From an uncultured Gemmatimonadales bacterium (GTDB taxonomy: Bacteria > Gemmatimonadota > Gemmatimonadetes > Gemmatimonadales > GWC2-71-9), in NCBI GenBank assembly GCA_963771275.1, contig CAVYSW010000010.1, positions 352,001-416,000 on the forward strand: a stretch of DNA of 64,000 nucleotides. The letters are read 5' to 3'. Under the pieces are notes generated by a model, which saw only the letters and a program-made list of their open reading frames with translations, did not search any database and had not been told where the DNA came from. The position numbers were made by a program, and so were the translations under genes. Positions 59,364 to 64,000 of the stretch are shown here, piece by piece (position 1 is the stretch's first letter; every line of letters starts with the position of its first letter).

Positions 59364-60238
59364 GCATCTTCATCGGGCACGACACCAGGCTCGTGGTGCA
59401 GGGCGTCACCGGCCGCGACGGATCGTTCCACACCAAGCAGATGATGGAGTACGGCACCCAGGTCGCGGCGGGCGTGACACCGGGGAAGGGAGGCCAGCTC
59501 TTCGAGCGGAAGGTCCCGATCTTCAACACCGTCGCGGAGGCGGTGCAGGGTACGGCGGCGAACACCGCGGTGATCTATGTGCCCTCGCGCTTCGCCGCGG
59601 ACGCGATCTACGAGGCGGCTGACGCCGGTGTCCGCATGGTGGTGTGCATCACCGAGGGCGTGCCGGTCCTCGACATGACCCGCGTCCTACCGTATCTCAC
59701 GGAGCGGGGCACACGGCTGATCGGCCCCAACTGTCCGGGCGTCATCTCCCCCGGACGGGCAAAAGTGGGCATCATTCCCGGAGGGATCTGCCGGGAAGGC
59801 CGGGTCGGCGTGGTGTCGCGGAGCGGAACGCTGACGTATGAGATCATCCACCAGCTCTCGCAGGCGGGGCTCGGGCAGTCGACCTGCATCGGGATCGGAG
59901 GCGACCCCATCATCGGGACCAACTTCATCGACTGCCTCGCGGCCTTCGAGGCCGATCCCGACACGAGCGCGATCGTGATGATCGGCGAGATCGGCGGGAC
60001 GGACGAGCAGCAGGCGGCCGAATACGCGCGGGAGCGGGTGCGCAAGCCGATCGTCGGGTTCATTGCCGGCCAGACGGCGCCCCCCGGACGGCGCATGGGG
60101 CACGCCGGCGCCATCATCTCGGGGGCCAGCGGCACGGCGGCGGAGAAGATCGCCGCGTTCGCGCGCGCCGGCATTGGCGTGATGAAGCGGCCGGCCGACG
60201 TGGTGCCGCTGCTCGCGGAACGGCGTATCACCGCGTGA
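59360..60238 (+). CDS. sucD: Succinyl-CoA ligase alpha subunit
   Basis: [33 protein letters not shown]. Confidence 0.97.
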   Translation: MSIFIGHDTRLVVQGVTGRDGSFHTKQMMEYGTQVAAGVTPGKGGQLFERKVPIFNTVAEAVQGTAANTAVIYVPSRFAADAIYEAADAGVRMVVCITEGVPVLDMTRVLPYLTERGTRLIGPNCPGVISPGRAKVGIIPGGICREGRVGVVSRSGTLTYEIIHQLSQAGLGQSTCIGIGGDPIIGTNFIDCLAAFEADPDTSAIVMIGEIGGTDEQQAAEYARERVRKPIVGFIAGQTAPPGRRMGHAGAIISGASGTAAEKIAAFARAGIGVMKRPADVVPLLAERRITA

Positions 60239-61143
60239 AGCTCTCCGAGCTCCTCTCCGCCGACCGCATCGTGCTCGCCGTGCCCGGCGACACGGTGCGG
60301 GACGTCGCCCGTCCGTTGGTGCATGCGGCCATCGCGTCGGGACGCGCGCTCGATCCCGAGCGGCTGGAGGAGTTGTTGGCGGAGGCGCTGCCCGGCGAGG
60401 CCGTCACCGTCGGGCAGCAGGCGTTCCTGCTGCACTTCCGTACCGAGGCCGTGGAAGGCGTCACCGCGGTGCTGGGCGTGACGAGCCGGCCGGTCCATCG
60501 TGTGCACGATCCGGGCAAGGAAGCGCGCATCGTGCTGCTGCTGCTCGCCCCTCCGGGGGAGGGGTCGGCCTACCTGCGCGCGCTCGCCGCCTTCGCGCGG
60601 GCGCTCGCGCGGGAAGACATCATCGCGATGCTGGAGCGCGCGGCGACGCCGGACGAGGTGCTGGCGTCGCCGTTGCTGGCGGAGGTGGAGGTCCCGGCGG
60701 AGCTCCTCGTGCGGGACGTGCTGGTCGGCCGGCTGGTGACGGTCCAGCCTGATGCGCCGCTCACGGAGGCGGCCCGCCTCCTGGTGGCGCACGGCGTGCC
60801 GGCGGCCCCGGTGGTCTCGGAGAAGAACGAAGTGCTCGGGGTGATCAGCCACGGGGAGATTCTGCGCTACCTGTTGCCGCGCTACGCCGGCAAGCTGAGC
60901 GGTGAATACCCGGCCGCCGGAGCGCGGCCGACGGGCCGGCTGTCCGTCATACAGGCGCGGGAAGTCACGGTCCGAGAGGCGATGGACCGGAGCGTCCTCT
61001 GCCTCTCGGACGATCAGCTGTTGGCCGACGCGGCGGCGCTCATGGTGAACAAGAACCTCGAACGGGTCCCGGTGGTGCGGGACGGCGCGCTGGTCGGGCT
61101 GCTGACGCGCGACGACATCGTGCGTCGCCTGTTCGGGCCGTAA
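60235..61143 (+). CDS. PTS EIIA-like domain + CBS-pair protein
   Basis: [24 protein letters not shown]...YLRALA; two CBS repeats ([20 protein letters not shown]). Confidence 0.8.
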   Translation: MKLSELLSADRIVLAVPGDTVRDVARPLVHAAIASGRALDPERLEELLAEALPGEAVTVGQQAFLLHFRTEAVEGVTAVLGVTSRPVHRVHDPGKEARIVLLLLAPPGEGSAYLRALAAFARALAREDIIAMLERAATPDEVLASPLLAEVEVPAELLVRDVLVGRLVTVQPDAPLTEAARLLVAHGVPAAPVVSEKNEVLGVISHGEILRYLLPRYAGKLSGEYPAAGARPTGRLSVIQAREVTVREAMDRSVLCLSDDQLLADAAALMVNKNLERVPVVRDGALVGLLTRDDIVRRLFGP

Positions 61144-61261
61144 CGGCGGTAGGAGCGGCAGAAGGCGCCGGAGGAGCAGGGGAGCGCGCGCGCGCCGGTG
61201 GGCTTCACCCGCCGGCGGCACGGGCGCGGGGGACCCACAAGTCGGGGGACGGAACTCGAGC

Positions 61262-61702
61262 ATGACGCAGACACTCGCCATCATCAAGCCCGATGCCGTG
61301 GCCCGCGGCAAGACCGGGGGCATTCTGGCACACCTGGAGGCGGCGGGCTTCGCGATTCGGGCGATGCGGATGGTCCGCCTTCGCTGGGCCGAGGCCGAGG
61401 CGTTCTACGCCGTGCATCGGGGCCGCCCGTTCTACGGCTCCCTCTGCGCGTTCATGACGTCGGGGCCCTGCCTGCCGGTGGTGCTGGAACGGGTTGATGC
61501 GGTTCCCCAGCTCCGCCAAATGATTGGCGCGACCGATCCGACCGAGGCGGCGCCGGGAACGGTGCGGCGCCTCTATGCCGAGAACAAGGAGCGGAACGCC
61601 ATCCACGCGTCGGATTCGGACGAGAACGCGGCGCGGGAGATCGCATTCTTCTTTCCGGAAGCCGAGCTGACGGGACTGTGGGGTCCGGACCGGGCAAGTT
61701 GA
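61262..61702 (+). CDS. ndk: Nucleoside-diphosphate kinase
   Basis: TLAIIKPDAV, FMTSGP, GATDP, NAIHASDS. Confidence 0.97.
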   Translation: MTQTLAIIKPDAVARGKTGGILAHLEAAGFAIRAMRMVRLRWAEAEAFYAVHRGRPFYGSLCAFMTSGPCLPVVLERVDAVPQLRQMIGATDPTEAAPGTVRRLYAENKERNAIHASDSDENAAREIAFFFPEAELTGLWGPDRAS

Positions 61703-61727
61703 CCCAAGTCGCTGCGAACCATATGAT
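61699..61727 (+). promoter_or_regulatory. sigma70 promoter for yceD-rpmF-plsX-fabH
   Basis: TTGACC-17 nt-TATGAT, ending 8 nt before the ATG at 61736. Confidence 0.7.
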
Positions 61728-61735
61728 TACCGGCT

Positions 61736-62251
61736 ATGTTACGAGTGGACTTGCGCGACCTTGCGGCGGGCCCGCTCGAGACGGATGCCGTCGTCCAGCC
61801 GGACGATCCGGGGCTCGCCGACCTCGAGTTCACGCCAATTGAGCCGGTGCGCGTTTCGGGCCGCATCATGGCGAGCGGCCCGGGCTCGTTCTATTGGGAG
61901 GGGCGGCTCGAAACCCGGGTTCGCGTCGCCTGCCGCCGCTGCCTCGTGCCGGTGGATGCCGTGATCGACGAGACCGTCGACCTCCTGTTCACCGAGGACC
62001 AGGGAGCCGACGACCCGTCGGTGGTGGTCATCCCGCCGCGGACGGCGGAGCTGGACCTGGGCGACGCCATCCGCGGGGAGCTGATCCTCGCGGCGCCGGA
62101 GTTCGTGTTGTGCCGGGAGGACTGCCGCGGGATCTGCCCGCGGTGTGGAACGGATCTTAACGTGGAGCCCTGCCGGTGCCCGTCCGAGCGCGACCCCCGC
62201 TGGGCGACGCTCGAGGTGCCGGAACCGCGGGCTGACGACGAAACGAGGTAG
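61736..62251 (+). CDS. yceD: DUF177/YceD protein
   Basis: [23 protein letters not shown]; precedes rpmF. Confidence 0.92.
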   Translation: MLRVDLRDLAAGPLETDAVVQPDDPGLADLEFTPIEPVRVSGRIMASGPGSFYWEGRLETRVRVACRRCLVPVDAVIDETVDLLFTEDQGADDPSVVVIPPRTAELDLGDAIRGELILAAPEFVLCREDCRGICPRCGTDLNVEPCRCPSERDPRWATLEVPEPRADDETR

Positions 62252-62253
62252 TC

Positions 62254-62439
62254 ATGGCGGTACCGAAGCGCAGGACCTCCAAGAGCCGGAAGCGCAAGCG
62301 CCGCACGCACTACAAGGCCGCCCCGGTGGCGTTGCAGCCGTGTCCGCGCTGTGGTGACCCGAAGCGGCCCCACCGCGTGTGTCCGACGTGTGGTTATTAC
62401 GCGGGGAAGAAGCGGGTCCAGGTCGCCGAGGAAGCCTGA
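62254..62439 (+). CDS. rpmF: 50S ribosomal protein L32 (Zn-binding form)
   Basis: [31 protein letters not shown]. Confidence 0.97.
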   Translation: MAVPKRRTSKSRKRKRRTHYKAAPVALQPCPRCGDPKRPHRVCPTCGYYAGKKRVQVAEEA

Positions 62440-62444
62440 TCGCC

Positions 62445-63434
62445 GTGCGGATCGCGCTCGACGCCATGGGTGGGGACTTCGCCCCTGGGGCTCCGGTGGG
62501 CGGGGCGCTCGAGGCGTTGGGCGGACTCCCCGAGTCCGCCGAGATCCTGCTGGTCGGCCGGGCGCCGGAGATCAACGCGGAACTCGCCAAGGCGGGCGGG
62601 ACGCCCGAGCGGATTCGGGTGGTGGACGCGCCCGAGGTGATCGGGATGGCCGAGAAGCCGCTGGCGGCGGTGCGGGGCAAGCCGCAATCGTCGATCGGGG
62701 TTGGCTTGAGACTGCAGCGCGAAGGCAAGGTCCACGCGTTCATCTCGGCTGGCAACACCGGAGCCGTGATGGCGGCGAGCGCCCTGATTCTCGGGCTCCA
62801 TCCCGGTGTCGAGCGTCCGGCCATCGGCGCCCTGTTTCCCACGGCGTCGAAGCCGGTGCTGGTGCTCGACGTCGGCGCCAATGTGGACTCGAGCGCCCGC
62901 GAGCTGCGCGGCTTCGCCCACCTCGGGGCCGTGTACGCGCGCGACGTTCTGGGGCGGAGCGAGCCCGCCGTCGCGTTGCTCAGCATCGGGGAGGAGGCGG
63001 AAAAGGGGAACGCCACCGTCCGCGAAGCCCACACGTTGCTGCGGGCCGAGGCGCATGCGTTCCGCTTCGTCGGCAACGTCGAGGGCCGCGACGTCGTGCG
63101 GGGCGACGTCGACGTCGTGGTGTGTGACGGCTTCATCGGCAACGTCGTCCTCAAGTTCTACGAGTCGGTCGCCCACCTGTTCACCGGGCTGCTGCGGCAC
63201 GAGATGGCCGCGGCGGTTCTGGAGAGCGAGGGCATGCGGCGCGTTTCGGCCGTGCTCGACTACTCGACGTATGGGGGCGCTCCGCTGCTCGGGGTGCGCG
63301 GCGTTTCGGTCATCTGTCACGGCCGATCCTCCGCCCGCGCGATCAAGAACGCCATCTCGGTGGCCGCACGCGCCGTGGGCCGCGACCTCAGTGCGCACAT
63401 CGGGGCGGACATGGCGGACGGAACGGCTGCGTGA
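62445..63434 (+). CDS. plsX: Phosphate acyltransferase
   Basis: RIALDAMGGDFAP, SAGNTGA, LDVGAN, CDGFIGNVVLK, GGAPLLG. Confidence 0.96.
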   Translation: MRIALDAMGGDFAPGAPVGGALEALGGLPESAEILLVGRAPEINAELAKAGGTPERIRVVDAPEVIGMAEKPLAAVRGKPQSSIGVGLRLQREGKVHAFISAGNTGAVMAASALILGLHPGVERPAIGALFPTASKPVLVLDVGANVDSSARELRGFAHLGAVYARDVLGRSEPAVALLSIGEEAEKGNATVREAHTLLRAEAHAFRFVGNVEGRDVVRGDVDVVVCDGFIGNVVLKFYESVAHLFTGLLRHEMAAAVLESEGMRRVSAVLDYSTYGGAPLLGVRGVSVICHGRSSARAIKNAISVAARAVGRDLSAHIGADMADGTAA

Positions 63435-64000
63435 AGCGCCCCGTTGCCCGGTTCGTCGCGACCGGCCGCTACGTGCCGGCCAAGATCCTCACGAACGCCG
63501 ACTGGGAGCGCATGCTCGACACGTCGGACGAGTGGATCCACGAGCGCTCCGGAATCCGCGAGCGCCACGTCTCCGAGGACCACGAGACGCTCGCGTACAT
63601 GAGCAGCGCTGCGGCGCGGCAGGCCCTTGACGACGCACAGATCGGCGTCGACGAGGTCGACACCATCGTGGTCGCCACGGCGTCCTGGGATCGGCTGCTG
63701 CCGTCGCAGGCGTGCGACGTGCAGGCGGCACTCGGCGCGAAGCACGCGGCCGCCTTCGATGTCGGCGCCGCCTGCAGCGGATTCCTCTTCGCAACGACCG
63801 TCGGCGAATCGATGATCGCGGCGGGCACCGCCCGCACGGTCGTCGTGATCGGCGCGGAACGCCTGACGCGCATCATGGACTGGCAGGACCGGTCCACGGC
63901 GATTCTCTTCGGCGACGCCGCGGGGGTCGGCGTGCTGCGGCCGGCGGACGATGCGCGCGGCATCCTGTCCACCTACCTCAAGTCCGATGGCACCCTCGGT
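63431..64000 (+). CDS. fabH: 3-oxoacyl-ACP synthase III, 5' part (partial)
   Basis: GTG at 63431; LTNAD...DTSDEWI.ERSGIRERH, AFDVGAACSGF, DWQDRSTAILFGD. Confidence 0.95.
   Translation, partial: MKRPVARFVATGRYVPAKILTNADWERMLDTSDEWIHERSGIRERHVSEDHETLAYMSSAAARQALDDAQIGVDEVDTIVVATASWDRLLPSQACDVQAALGAKHAAAFDVGAACSGFLFATTVGESMIAAGTARTVVVIGAERLTRIMDWQDRSTAILFGDAAGVGVLRPADDARGILSTYLKSDGTLG

Overview
High-GC bacterial chromosomal window. Gene content and order resemble Gemmatimonadota, but that is inference from recall and was not searched. Two blocks of core genes flank an accessory stretch of about 23.6-38.5 kb. The left block runs from the 3' end of pyrC through rpsT, scpAB, rluB, a large Rossmann-fold protein, a MoxR/DUF58/Bat cluster, mutL, miaA, bshA, uppP, birA, coaX, a degenerate GWxTD-like protein and nhaA. 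The accessory stretch holds many small genes (DUF2164, GIY-YIG-like, YeaQ/YmgE, DUF4126, dodecin, lipoproteins, a CDP-alcohol transferase), two broken genes, three degenerate attC-like hairpins, an uncharacterised polytopic membrane protein + VWA lipoprotein pair, and a GNAT/NSAR/M20 D-amino-acid conversion trio. The right block runs dcd, nuoA-N with a Rex-type operator, a phosphohexomutase, UPF0182, an orphan carbamate kinase, sucCD, an EIIA-CBS fusion, ndk, yceD-rpmF-plsX and the start of fabH. I saw no rRNA, tRNA, CRISPR array, transposase or integrase. The best candidates for something undescribed are the decayed cassette-like array with GAC/GTC-cored attC-like sites, the membrane protein + MIDAS lipoprotein module, and the arcC-sucCD-EIIA/CBS-ndk arrangement. 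All three are hypotheses that need database checks.
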